Assembly (NCBI GenBank): GCA_950097015.1
Contig: CATNEN010000038.1
Location: forward strand, 20,150,001 to 20,214,000
Source of the DNA: Macrostomum hystrix
Taxonomy: Eukaryota > Animalia > Platyhelminthes
Length of the DNA: 64,000 nt
Direction: 5' to 3'
This document shows, one piece after another, positions 47,571 to 58,762 of the stretch (position 1 is the stretch's first letter; the number at the start of each line of letters is the position of its first letter). The translations under genes and the position numbers were made by a program. The notes under the pieces were generated by a model that saw only the letters and a list, made by a program, of their open reading frames with translations, was not told where the DNA came from and made no database searches.

Positions 47571-49041
47571 TTATTAGCTACAAGAATTTACTACTAAAAT
47601 GTTATATGCATTGAAAAAAACTATATAGGCACACTAATAATGTATCATAATGTTATGTTATGTCTAATATGTCATGTATTTGTAAGAACCAAAGTGCATC
47701 AAAAAGGTACCAAAAAGCAAGACCAAACATCAAAAAGCACATGTGCTGAAATGCCTGGTAATTATCTAGACATATATTATATAGGATTTTTGAAAAAATG
47801 TGATTCAAATATATTTTTAATAGCCTTTAGTTGTAGGTTTTGATCCATTGGTATTCATTTGTAAACTATGTTTACATATACCTTATCTAACATCCAATTT
47901 TTTGTATTGGAATTGGATGTCTCTTTTTAAGTCTGGAACTTTGAACTAAGCCTAATCATTTTTTTAAATATCTAAATAGTATACCTATACTTCTAGTATA
48001 GATATTTGGCAGTGTAGAGGACCTGCATGGGGAGCCTTAGACCTTCCACTTCATGTGTGCCATCCTCGTGCTTCTGTATAAAGTGCTGCTTGGCCTCAGG
48101 TCCTAGGATCTGTGTGAAAAAGCCCAGCTATAAAACTAGTCAATCATCCTATGCTATTGACAACTTTGAGTAGTTAGCCATATGATTGGGGCTTAGAAAT
48201 ACTTTTAACAGTGACAACTTGTCTAGGACATCCTACTGCTCACCTTGCTGGGCCCATTCATTTGGAGCCAGGCTTATGTGTACCACTACATCACCTGCCA
48301 CTAAGCCACACTATGGCACCAGACACTGCCAACAGGGGGGATTTGTTTGCTTCTGGCTTTGCAATGGACTATCTAGCACTGTTTCCTGACATTTGTTGTT
48401 GTTGATCTAATTGATCAGAAATTAATGTAGAGTCTGCTGCCTTGAAATACATGTAACTTTACAGTCATTATTCAAAAATCTAATTGCACCTTAAATAACC
48501 TTAACCTTAAAGTAGCTTTGAAATAATCTCGCAGCAGGAAGACATTGCCTTTTTACAAGATCAATTCTTCCACAGTCCATCAATGCATCAGAATCTGTTT
48601 CTAAATTGAATCAGTTCAAGTTGCTATTAAACTAGAAGCAAATGGGTCATAATTGTGATTTGCAATTGGGACTTCTTTTAATGTTTCACATTTCTTTTTT
48701 CTATGAAAACCACATCATTAAGTATCACAAAATGTTGCATTTTCAATTAAAATTGTATTAAATACTTTCCTATTAAGGTAATCTGCTCTAGCGATCTGGC
48801 TCCGATTATCAACTCTTGCTTCTCTTCTTTGAGTTCTATGCCTAGCCGGTTTTCTTGTGCAGCTAACTGCCATTATTTCCTAAATTTAGATGACTTGATG
48901 CTTTGATAAACACCTTGCATACCATGGTGCAGTTATATCTTTATCAAATTGCACTGTATTTCAGCTTTTACAGCATTCTCTTTTTGAGAATTTATTAATC
49001 TACATTTAAAAGTCAAACACCAGACACTTCACTAGAATAAA

Positions 49042-50447
49042 ATGGCCCCACCACCGAGCTTTGGCGATCTGGGCAAGGATGCCGCCGATCTGTTTAGCCG
49101 CGACTACACATTCGGGTCTGTTAAGGCCGAGATCAAGTCCAAGACTTCGACCGGAGTTGAACTCAAGACCACCGGCAATCACGACATGGAAACTGGCCGT
49201 GCCGCCGGCGACCTCGAAACCAAGTACGTGTTTAAAGACTACGGCATCACCTTCACCGAAAAGTGGAAGACTAGCAATGTTGTCACCGCGGAAGTTTCCA
49301 TCGAAGACAAACTAGTTAAGGGCCTAAAGAATGCTCTAGAAGCTAATTTCGAGCCCAACACAGGCAAGAAGAGCGCCAAGCTAAAGAATACATTCAAAGC
49401 CGCCAACGCTAATCTTGGCGTAGATATGGAGTTCAAGTCCAATTTGCCGGTCATTGTTGGCGGCGGCGTCTTCGGCTATCAGAACTTTTTCGGCGGCATC
49501 AACGTTGGCTACGACACCGAGCGTCAGAAGCTTACTAAGCTTAACTATGGCGTCGCCTACAAGCTGAAGGACTTCTGCCTGTACGGAGGCGTCGAGAACG
49601 GCACCAACTTCTCTGGCTCCGTCTACCAGAAGCTGTCTGAATCTTTGGAGACTGGCGTCAAATTTAGCTGGGCCTCCAATACGCACGCTACTGACTTCGG
49701 TGTGGCCACCAAGTACAAGCTGGAGGGTGACAGCTTTTTTAAGTTCAAGGTGAAGCTAAATTTGATGGCACTTTAATAGATGTACTTTAAATTAGTTCCT
49801 TATTTAATTTAAGAATAATGATTGCAGAAGGGCTGCAGGCATTGGCACATCATTTGGTGACACTAGACACGCAGACAGCGAGGAGGCAACTCTGCCCACT
49901 TCTTTGACTCCTGAGCACACACGCACACATATACTGTACGCAGGCATTCGCTCACACAGGTGTGTACATCTGTCCTGACTTTCTCATTGTCAGGCAGTGT
50001 ACACTCTCACTGTGCCTTGTAGTTTGGCCCTCAAGGGCGTAAATTTCAGTCTGAAGACTTCTCTCTGCGGTTGCGCCTAGTGGCCTCGCCGCAGAATCAA
50101 ACTCAGGGATCTTGGTGCGAAAGGCGCATGCTTTAACCGCTCAGCCGCTCACACACTTAGTTGCTCATTTGCTGTTTTATGAATAATGTAATCAATTGGG
50201 TGGCTTTCTTGGCTAATCAAATAGGTTGGATTGATTGCTTTGTTAGCCAATGAGACGGCGTTACCAATGGAATCTGTATTCAAATATTTTTAATTAAATC
50301 AAGGTCGACAACAACAGCATGGTTGGCACAGCCTACAGCTTCAAGGTTAACGAAGGCGTTCGTGTCACCCTGTGCGGCAACTTCGACGGCAAGAGCATCA
50401 ACGGCGGCGGTCATCGCCTTGGCCTGGCTCTCAGCTTTGAGTCCTAA
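49042..50447 (+). CDS. VDAC: Voltage-dependent anion channel (mitochondrial porin), 283 aa; exons 49042-49749 and 50304-50447
   Basis: PPSFGDLGKDAADLF, YGITFTEKW, C-terminal DGKSINGGGHRLGLALSFES*. Confidence 0.98.
49818..50150 (-). mobile_element. SINE family A in VDAC intron
   Basis: Reverse-complement match to family A. Confidence 0.85.
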
Positions 50448-51351
50448 ATTGATTCTAAGTCGGCGAAATAGGTCATTTGATTCATTGAGGCGGATAATAT
50501 GACCTCCCCATTTGATGTGTTTAAGGAAACAAAAAATGTTATACCAACTATAAAAAAGCAGTGACATTAGATTTAGACTATTTATAATAGATGTGCGTTA
50601 ATTTAACTCCATCTGCGTTACCATAGTAATTAATTAAAAGTTAAGATTTTTTAATTACAAAACTTATAATACATAAAAATACAATCGACGCTAATGACTT
50701 TGTTGAAATGCTCGTTACTAAAATGAACAAATCGGTTTCTATGGTCCAGGGATCGATTCCTTAGATAAGAGACAGTAATTTAAGTGCACTTCATCTAGTG
50801 TTACTAAATAAATAAGAAAGCTTGAACATATACTAGTTTTTTATGTTGAAAACTAACAGACCTTTAACCCTGTTAAAAAATTAAGATTTCCTACATTTAA
50901 CTATCTGCTACTTTATATAAGTACTATAATTATGTATTAAGCATACTGCAAAATACTAGTATACTTTCTCTTTAGTATAACAACTAACTTTTTATTCTGC
51001 CTCGTAGTTAAATCCATTAGTATATTAGAATTATTTATTAATAAGTTTCAATTCTAGCCTTGGCTTATCATATTCAGATCGGGTTATTCAAAAGTTCATA
51101 ATATGTCATTTTTAATTATATAATCTAACACGTACCACAGCTTGATTATAGGAATCAAATAAAAGTTTTTTCGCCTGCCTTGTTATAATTTTAGGGAAAA
51201 GCACATATTTTTTAAAACAATGAAGAAAAGTACAACTCTTTGTTAAAAGAAGCAGTAACCCGAATCGCTTATTGTGCTGCCTTTTCTTGCTTCATTTGAA
51301 AATAGATATTTTGCGTCTAAAATTGCAGACAATTAGTAAATACAGATACCT

Positions 51352-51815
51352 CCACAGATTGTACAGATCTACAGACTCCCAGAGTATACAGATCTACAGA
51401 CTATCTCCAGATTAGACAGATTTACAGACTGACTCTCCCCAGATTAGACAGATTTACAGACTGACTCTCCCAGTCCCCAGATTAGACAGATTTACAGACT
51501 GACTCTCCCAGTCCCCAGATTAGACAGATTTACAGACTGACTTTCCCCAGATTAGACAGATCTACAGACTCTCCCCAGATTAGACAGATTTACAGACTGA
51601 CTTTCCCCAGATTAGACAGATCTACAGACTCTCCCCAGATTAGACAGATTTACAGACTGACTTTCCCCAGATTAGACAGATCTACAGACTCTCCCCAGAT
51701 TAGACAGATTTACAGACTTTCCCCAGATTAGACAGATCTATTCCAATACAGACTTTCCCCAGATTTGACAGATCTATTCCAATACAGACTTTCCCCAGAT
51801 TAGACAGATCTACAG
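51352..51815. repeat. ~28-40-bp minisatellite (CCCCAGATTAGACAGATYTACAGACT...)
   Basis: Tandem array. Confidence 0.92.
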
Positions 51816-51930
51816 GCTGACCACCAGGTTAACCAGTTGTACAGACCTGACTTAGAGTAGACATATCTTCAGATCTTCGTTGGATTAAACAGATCTACTG
51901 ACTGAAGCCCAACTCTAAATATAATTCTAG

Positions 51931-54900
51931 GCTGAGCGTCGCACTGGCAGCAGTTCCGAAGCTCCCTCCGCGGCGCAGCTGCAGGTGCTTCAAGATGAAA
52001 TCCGGCGCCTGAATGCGGTCCTAGCCAGGCGCCAAAATATGGAGCAGGTTGCCGAATATTTTGAATCAGAAACTGATAGTCAGCTACTGTTACGTAAGCA
52101 TCGTCAGGTAATGCCGCCCCTACTAGCCGAATACGAAGTACTCCTAGGCGAATACGAGCGCGAACGAATAAAAGTCGCCGAATTGAAAAGCGCCCTAGAT
52201 GAGCTGACCGCAGACGGTCAACTATTGGCTGATCGAACTGAGGCTGAAGAGAATCTGCATGCTCAACTCGCGCAGGCTTTGCTTGAGAAAGAGCAGAGTC
52301 AACAGCTGTACAGGTGGGTTTAAACAAAACGAATTCTTGCATAGACAACCTGAAACTTGATTTAATCTTTTCTAGGCTGAGCCTAAGGTGGGTGTGGCGT
52401 CCCCCCAGTCCGTGGACTGAACAGCTGTACGCAGCCTTCAGATGCGCCGCGCATTAGCTGCGGATGTGCTGTCGGCTGCACATCTGACCCAATTGGGGCA
52501 GGTGTAATAAAAAAATGCTTAAAATATTATTTGGTGCTTTAATGTATCAAAAACAGTTAAGTGGCTTACTAACTGGTCCCTTTTTGCGTTCTGACAGACA
52601 CGCTTCAGCTGAACTGGAGCGTCTAGCGGAAGAAGTGGCCGCCCTACGCAATGGCACCGGCCTCGAGCGAGCTGTCGAATCTCACGCCGCCGTTATAGGC
52701 GAACTGGAGTCGGAAGTCGCCAGACTACGCTCAGAATTAGCCGCTAGTCGAGAAGAGGCCGCCCAGGCTAGCCGGACTGCTCGTCAGTTGCGCGATCAAT
52801 TAGCCACAGACAGTGTTGATGCCAATGCCGCAGGTGAGATTAGGCGATTGCGCGACTCCTTGGCTACGGCGGACCAGAGACTAGCCGCAACCCAGGAGCG
52901 AGCCAGCGCCGAGAGACGCTCGCTAGAGAATCGAATTCTAGAACTGCAGGAGCGACTGCAGGAGGCAGAGGAATCCGCCACTCAAGCAGCTGAACAGGTA
53001 AATTAATTATTGTAAAAGTTTTATTTCATACCTTACTAATGCTAAGCTGATTTTCTATCACGTCATTGACAGCCACACCGGCAGAGACTTTTTGAATCTA
53101 CCTTAAATATGTTGGTTTCGAAAATAACTGGCCAATGGTAACTTTCTAAGGTCTTTTTATTTAGCGAAATTAAAAGCATTCGCAACACAGTGAACCCAGC
53201 AGGTGCCACCTGTAGAAGGTCAAGAAGCTCCACCCTGTTGAAGGCCAAAATGCTTCACCCTGGAAAGGGTCAAGAAGCTCCACAATGTTGAAGGTCAGGA
53301 AGCTCCACCACTGCAGCTGTTGAGGTCGAGAAGCTCCACCTTGTTGAAAGTCCAGAAGCTCCACCAGGCTAAAGATCCAGAAGCCCATCCTGTTGAAAGT
53401 CCAGAAGCTCCACCAGGCTAAAGATCCAGAAGCCCATCCTGTTGAAAATCCAGAAGCTCCACCAGGCTGAAGATCCAGAAGCTCCATCGTGTTGAAGGAC
53501 CAGAAGCTCCATCTTGTTGAATGTCCATTAGGTCCATCCTGTTAAAGGACCAGAAGCTTCACGATGTTGGAGTTTAAAAGCTCCACCCTGTTGAAGGTCC
53601 AGAAGCTCCTCCCTGTTGAAGGTCCAGAAGCTCCTCCCTGTTCAAGGCCCAGAATTAGCTCCGCCATGTTGAAGTCCAGTTCGCACAGAAAGTTCAAACT
53701 CTTGGTGCATTTCTAATTGACATGCTGAGGTGTAACTGAATGCTGAATGGGAATAAAACTGGGCCTTATGTTTCAAAATCATTGAAATCTAGACGTTCTG
53801 AAAACATGACCCATCTGTAGGTTCGCGAAGCCGTTTCCACCGCGGAGACAGCCGTTCACGAGAAAGCTGAAGTTATCGCTGATGCTGCCGCAGTAAGAGC
53901 GGAATGCGAACGACTGCAGGTAAAATATGATAACAATAGCGACCTAAAATATATAACCATTGCTTGGAAATCTCTATTTCTAAACCATTGCTTGTAAGTC
54001 TCTATTTCTAATCGAATAATCCAATTATGATCGTCAGGCCGCTCTCAACCAGCTAGTAGACGATGCCGGTGTACGCACACGCGAAGAGGTGGCCGCCGTT
54101 CGTCAAGAAGCGAATAGTCGCATCGATTCGCTAACTGAGCAGCTAAGCCAAGCTGAAACTGCCGCCGCTGAAGCTCGCGCCGCCACAGAGCGCGCGGTGA
54201 AAGAGAAGCGCCTAGCCGAAGCTGAATTAGATAGGCAATCTCGCGACAGTCTGTTGCGCTCTAAAGAGGACGCGGCTGCGCGCGAAGATCTTCAACGTCG
54301 TTTATTAGCCGCAGAACGTGAACGCGACGCTGGCCAGCTGCGATTAGACAGCCTGTCTCAGGAGCGTCGACGCGAGGAGCTGGCCTGGCGCAGCGAGCGG
54401 TCGCAGTTAGCCTCGGATTTGACTAACGCCAAGGAGCACGCTGCTAGTCTGGCGGCCGGGTTGGAACGATGCAGCGGCGAGCGTGACTCGGCTATGGCCA
54501 GAGCTGAGGAGGCCGAAAATCGGTATGGGCTTTTGTTTAGAGTTGGTTCTGATAGTTAGGGGTTGTAGCCTAGGATAGCAGATTGGTATCAGTCTGCCAG
54601 CTCAAGTGCTTTCTATGATACGTCTTACTTTTGACTTAGCGGCAGGGAGCCTCCACGACGGACGCAGCGAGGAGGCGGTCGATGCCGCCCATATCGCTAA
54701 CCCCTGGCAGTTCTATGATACGAGGGTTGTCATAAATTCACTGACAACTTACTGTTGACTGCACCGCCTTGGCCTTGACCGGTGGGGGTTCGTGAGTAGC
54801 CTTCCATACGCTGCTCTGCCGTTATCGTTTCTGGTTCGTAGAAGTGAAACCACGTTTCATCACCAGTCACCAGGCGGCCAAGAAAGTCGGGCTCGTTTTG

Positions 54901-57352
54901 ATAGGCGTTGAGTAGGTGGCGGCACATCTGGACCCTCTCTTGCAGTTGGACAGGAGTCAGCAGTTTAGGGACCCATCGTGCAACAACTCGTGTCATATGC
55001 AGATGGTCGGAGATGATGCAATGAATGCTCTTCATTGGTCCAACAAGTCCTCTAACTGCCTCAGGGTTGCTCCACGATCATCGTCCAGGGCATGCTGCAC
55101 ACGCTGGATGTTGTCACTGGAAGTGGATGACCGCGGTGCACCTGGGCGGGGAGCATCATCAACTATTTCCCAGCCGTCCTCAAAGCGCTGCACCCACTTT
55201 GACACAGTTTGTTTCGAAGGTGCATCCTCGCTAAAGATTTGCAGCAGCTCACGGTAAATATCAGCCTGCTTCTTCTGCTTCTTCCACAAAGACCAAAAGA
55301 CAGTGCGCTGCGCTTGGTAGCTTCACTTTTCTCCATACTGGATAAAAGGGTGGTTTGAATCCCACTCGATTTCTGCCTTGTCTCAAAAGCCAGAGGGAAG
55401 ATTTTCCATAGACAATAAGATCGATTACATCTTCAGATAACTTTTCTGCAAAACTTTGTCCTTAAATTGTCCTAATTGTCATTATGGTCCCCTGTAGACA
55501 TTTTTTAAACAAGTATACACTCAGCAACATTTAAAACGCAACACTCTAACTAGAAGAAAAATCAACTCACCCAGAAGAGTCAAAGCGCATAGTCTATGGT
55601 TCAAATCGAGCTTCAGAAACGCGTGTAGCTTCCTCTCGCAAGTAACAGGGCGATGACTATGGACTGTTTTCAGACAGAGTGATCCAGCTGAGAGAATGGT
55701 TCAACAGATGACAGACGCGGAAAGATGGCGAGCAGTCGGAATGTTGGAAGCAGGTTGTACTCTTCGAACAGTTGCGAACCACTTCGGGAGGTCGCCTTCA
55801 ACAGTTTTACGTCTGCTACAGAAGAGCAGAGCCACTGGAAGCGTGGCTCACGCGAGAAAAGGTACGGTGCTTCACCAACTTCGCAGTACAACAGCGAGGG
55901 CAGATCGACGCCTGCTGAGAATAGTGCGTGGAAACCCCACACTGCCTGCCACACTCCTGCGATTGATGTGGGCAGAGAGAAGCGCAGAGGCAACGTTCTC
56001 AGCGCGCAGACGATTCGCCGCAGGATTCACGCTGCAGGATTGCGGTCAAGAAAAATGCGGAGGAGGCCGCGCCTGAGTCCTGCACATGTCGCTAACAGGG
56101 AACTGTGGGCCATGCAGCGGGCGCACTGGCGGCAAGGACAGTGGCAGCGCGTTATCTTTACAGACGAGAGTCGGTTTCGTCTTTTTCGCAGTGATGGTCG
56201 AATTCGCGTCTGGCGTGAGCCACGGCAAGAGCTTCTGCAGCAGCACGTGCAAAGCTGCGATGGGCAGGGACCCTCCGTACACGTGTGGGCAGGGATTTCA
56301 ATGCGAGGCAGGACCCAGCTGGTTTTCTTAGACGCAAACGTGAACGGCGATGAGTACGCTCGTTTGCTGCAGACGCATCTGCTCCCTTTTGTTAACAACC
56401 ACTTTGGTGGCGTCGCAAACTGCAAACTGCATCTTCGGTGGCCTTCAAGATCCCCTGATATGAACCCAATTGAACATGTCTGGGCCTTTATCAAGCGGAG
56501 TGTTCAACGGCAGAATCCGCCGCAGACAGTCGCTGAACTGCGAAACGCTGTTGCTAACGCGTGGCAGGAAATTCCCCAGGACTTTTTTCGACGCCTTGTT
56601 CTGGGAATGCCACGTCGAGTCAACGCCCTGTTACTTGCGAGAGGAGGCTACACGCGTTTCTGAAGCTCGATTTGAACCATAGACTATGCGCTTTGACTCT
56701 TCTGAGTGAGTTGATTTTTCTTCTAGTTAGAGTGTTGCGTTTTAAATGTTGCTGAGTGTATATGTTTCGCTTGATTACATTTTGACACGACGTCTAGATT
56801 TTTCTGAAGCTTATTTTAAACACTTAAAATAAGCTTTTCAGCTTTTCAGCTTAAAATGTGCTTTTCAGGTGTAACGCCGCTAAACGTGAATGCGCCGCGG
56901 CTGAGCGTCGCCTTAAATCCGAGCTTCAACAGGTGGAGCACGATTTTCAAATGCGCGCCTCCCAGCTAGAGATTCGCCGACAAGCCGAAGCCGACACTGC
57001 TCGCCAGACTGTCAGCGGCATACGCAGCCTGCTAGCTGGTCAGCAGCGCCTTGCTCAACGCTGGAAAGACGAGGCGCACAATCTAGCCGAGAAGCTTGAA
57101 CGCTCGCTAGACGAACGTCGAGTAGAAACTGAACGATTAAATCGACGAGCCGAAGAATTGGCTGGCGCTTTACGGCACAGTCAGCGACAACTGCAGGACA
57201 CTGAGGCGGCTTTGCGTGAGCGCGACAGGGCGGCTAGACGACTAGAAGAACGTCTCCAAACGTCGGCGGCGGCTAGTCAAGCTGGGCGGCGTAGAAAAGA
57301 CGCTGCTGGTCAAGTAGCTCCACCACCTGCAGCGCCTATTGCTGTTGAATGA
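51931..57352 (+). CDS. SCLT1: Sodium channel and clathrin linker 1-like centriolar coiled-coil protein. Exons 51931-52313, 52598-52997, 53821-53919, 54038-54522, 56869-57352
   Basis: LQDEIRRLN, PLLAEYE, DAGVRTREEVA, ERAVKEKRLAEAEL and LLAGQQRLAQRWKDE parallel recalled SCLT1 motifs. Intron phases are consistent. No ATG at the start of exon 1. Confidence 0.8.
52385..52505 (+). mobile_element. SINE family B, 3' fragment
   Basis: Homologous to 29661-29750 plus 28305-28345. Confidence 0.7.
53205..53675. repeat. Degenerate ~28-bp minisatellite (GTTGAAGGTCCAGAAGCTCCACC), intronic
   Basis: Tandem array. Confidence 0.85.
54719..55340 (-). mobile_element. Mariner transposon relic
   Basis: HTH region with RPGAP, WVPKLL and VTGDETWFHFYEPET; frameshifted and deleted after the first catalytic D. 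One mariner-like end TACGAGGGTTGTC at 54719. Confidence 0.88.
55516..56760 (+). mobile_element. Tc1-like transposon with ~140-bp TIRs and defective transposase
   Basis: TACACTCAGCAAC...GTTGCTGAGTGTA flanked by TA. ORF 55696-56663 is frameshifted; it has VIFTDESRF and WPSRSPDMNPIEHVW but lacks the QDNA..H segment. Confidence 0.95.
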
Positions 57353-57416
57353 CACCAAAAAAAGTAGAAATGCGGTTAGTATTTCATACATTTTGTCGGT
57401 TCCTAACTCTCACTAT

Positions 57417-57680
57417 TAGTGTGCATGTACATCTAGTACACATGTGCTTTTAGTGCACACGCACTTTTAGTGCGCATGCACTTCTAGTGCGCATGTACTT
57501 TTAGTGCGCATGCACTTTTAGTGCGCATGTACTTTTAGTGCGCATGCACTTTTAGTGCGCATGCACTTTTAGTGCGCATGCACTTTTAGTGCGCATGCAC
57601 TTTTAGTGCGCATGCACTTTTAGTGCGCATGCACTTTTAGTGCGCATGCACTTTTAGTGCGCATGCACTTTTAGTGCGCA
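57417..57680. repeat. 18-bp near-palindromic minisatellite (TTTTAGTGCGCATGCAC)
   Basis: Tandem array just 3' of the SCLT1 stop codon. Confidence 0.93.
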
Positions 57681-58762
57681 GCCACATCTGCTCCTGCAAT
57701 TTTTAGGACTAATTCGACCTGAAATTCGGGCTTGAGACGTGAAACATATTACTTCAAATTTTTTGTGTTTAAAAGTAAGGCATCCTCATTTAATACCAAA
57801 GCGATGGCCATTGGTTTTTACCTATAAAATAGGTATTTCTATTTACTTTATTTTCTTCACAATTGTATGTGATCTTTTAAAACTGTGCTAATACATATTT
57901 ACAGCCTCTAAACCAATGCCGTCAAGGCATCAAATTGATTTGTGTTATTTTCACTTCGTTTAATTTGGCTGTGCCCTTGATTTATTCTGCAAGAAGATCT
58001 TAGAAGTCATCTCCTTTTTTATTTTTTTTCTACAGCTTAGGTATTCTTTAACTGTTGTTTTCGTTTCTTCACAATCCACAATCTAACACAATTGATTGTA
58101 ACACAATCCACATGTGATTCTTTTTCGTATTATTAAAATAACTGAGGCTTGGCTGGTCCTGCTAGTACTGGAAGTAGGATGTTCAGTATGTATGATAGTA
58201 CAAAAACTACTTTAGCTTTGATTGTGCATAGGTACTTTTTATGTCTTTAAGTTTAATATTTATTTATAAATATTTCACTCTATAGTAAAAATGAATATTA
58301 TAATAGAAAGTTGTCATATAGTACGCATTGTGTTTCTTAATTTTTACACTAAATTTTAAGTATTGGTTATAAGATATGCGGAATTAATTTAGTTAACTGC
58401 GTTGTTAATGGATATTCCTGCACATAAAAACATACAAGAAGGAGAAAATATACCATTGCCTCTTAAGCCAGATGTTTAGCCCGTTAAGAAAATTGTCACT
58501 TGTAGGTTGAGACACGAACTCCTGACCTTTCAGTCAGAATTACCTAGTTCAAAAATCATCAGACTTTATATATATATATATATTATATATCTGACCTACA
58601 ATCTGACCTCCTGCCCTGAAAATGGTTTGTGTCGATGTCTATTTTAGCTATTTTTATGTATGATCCAATAAAATCGTGTGTAATTTTTTTTCAGAAGACA
58701 CTCGAAAATTTTGCGAATGTTTAAATCATCTTGGCGAAAGTAGTTAATCAACTAATCAAATA

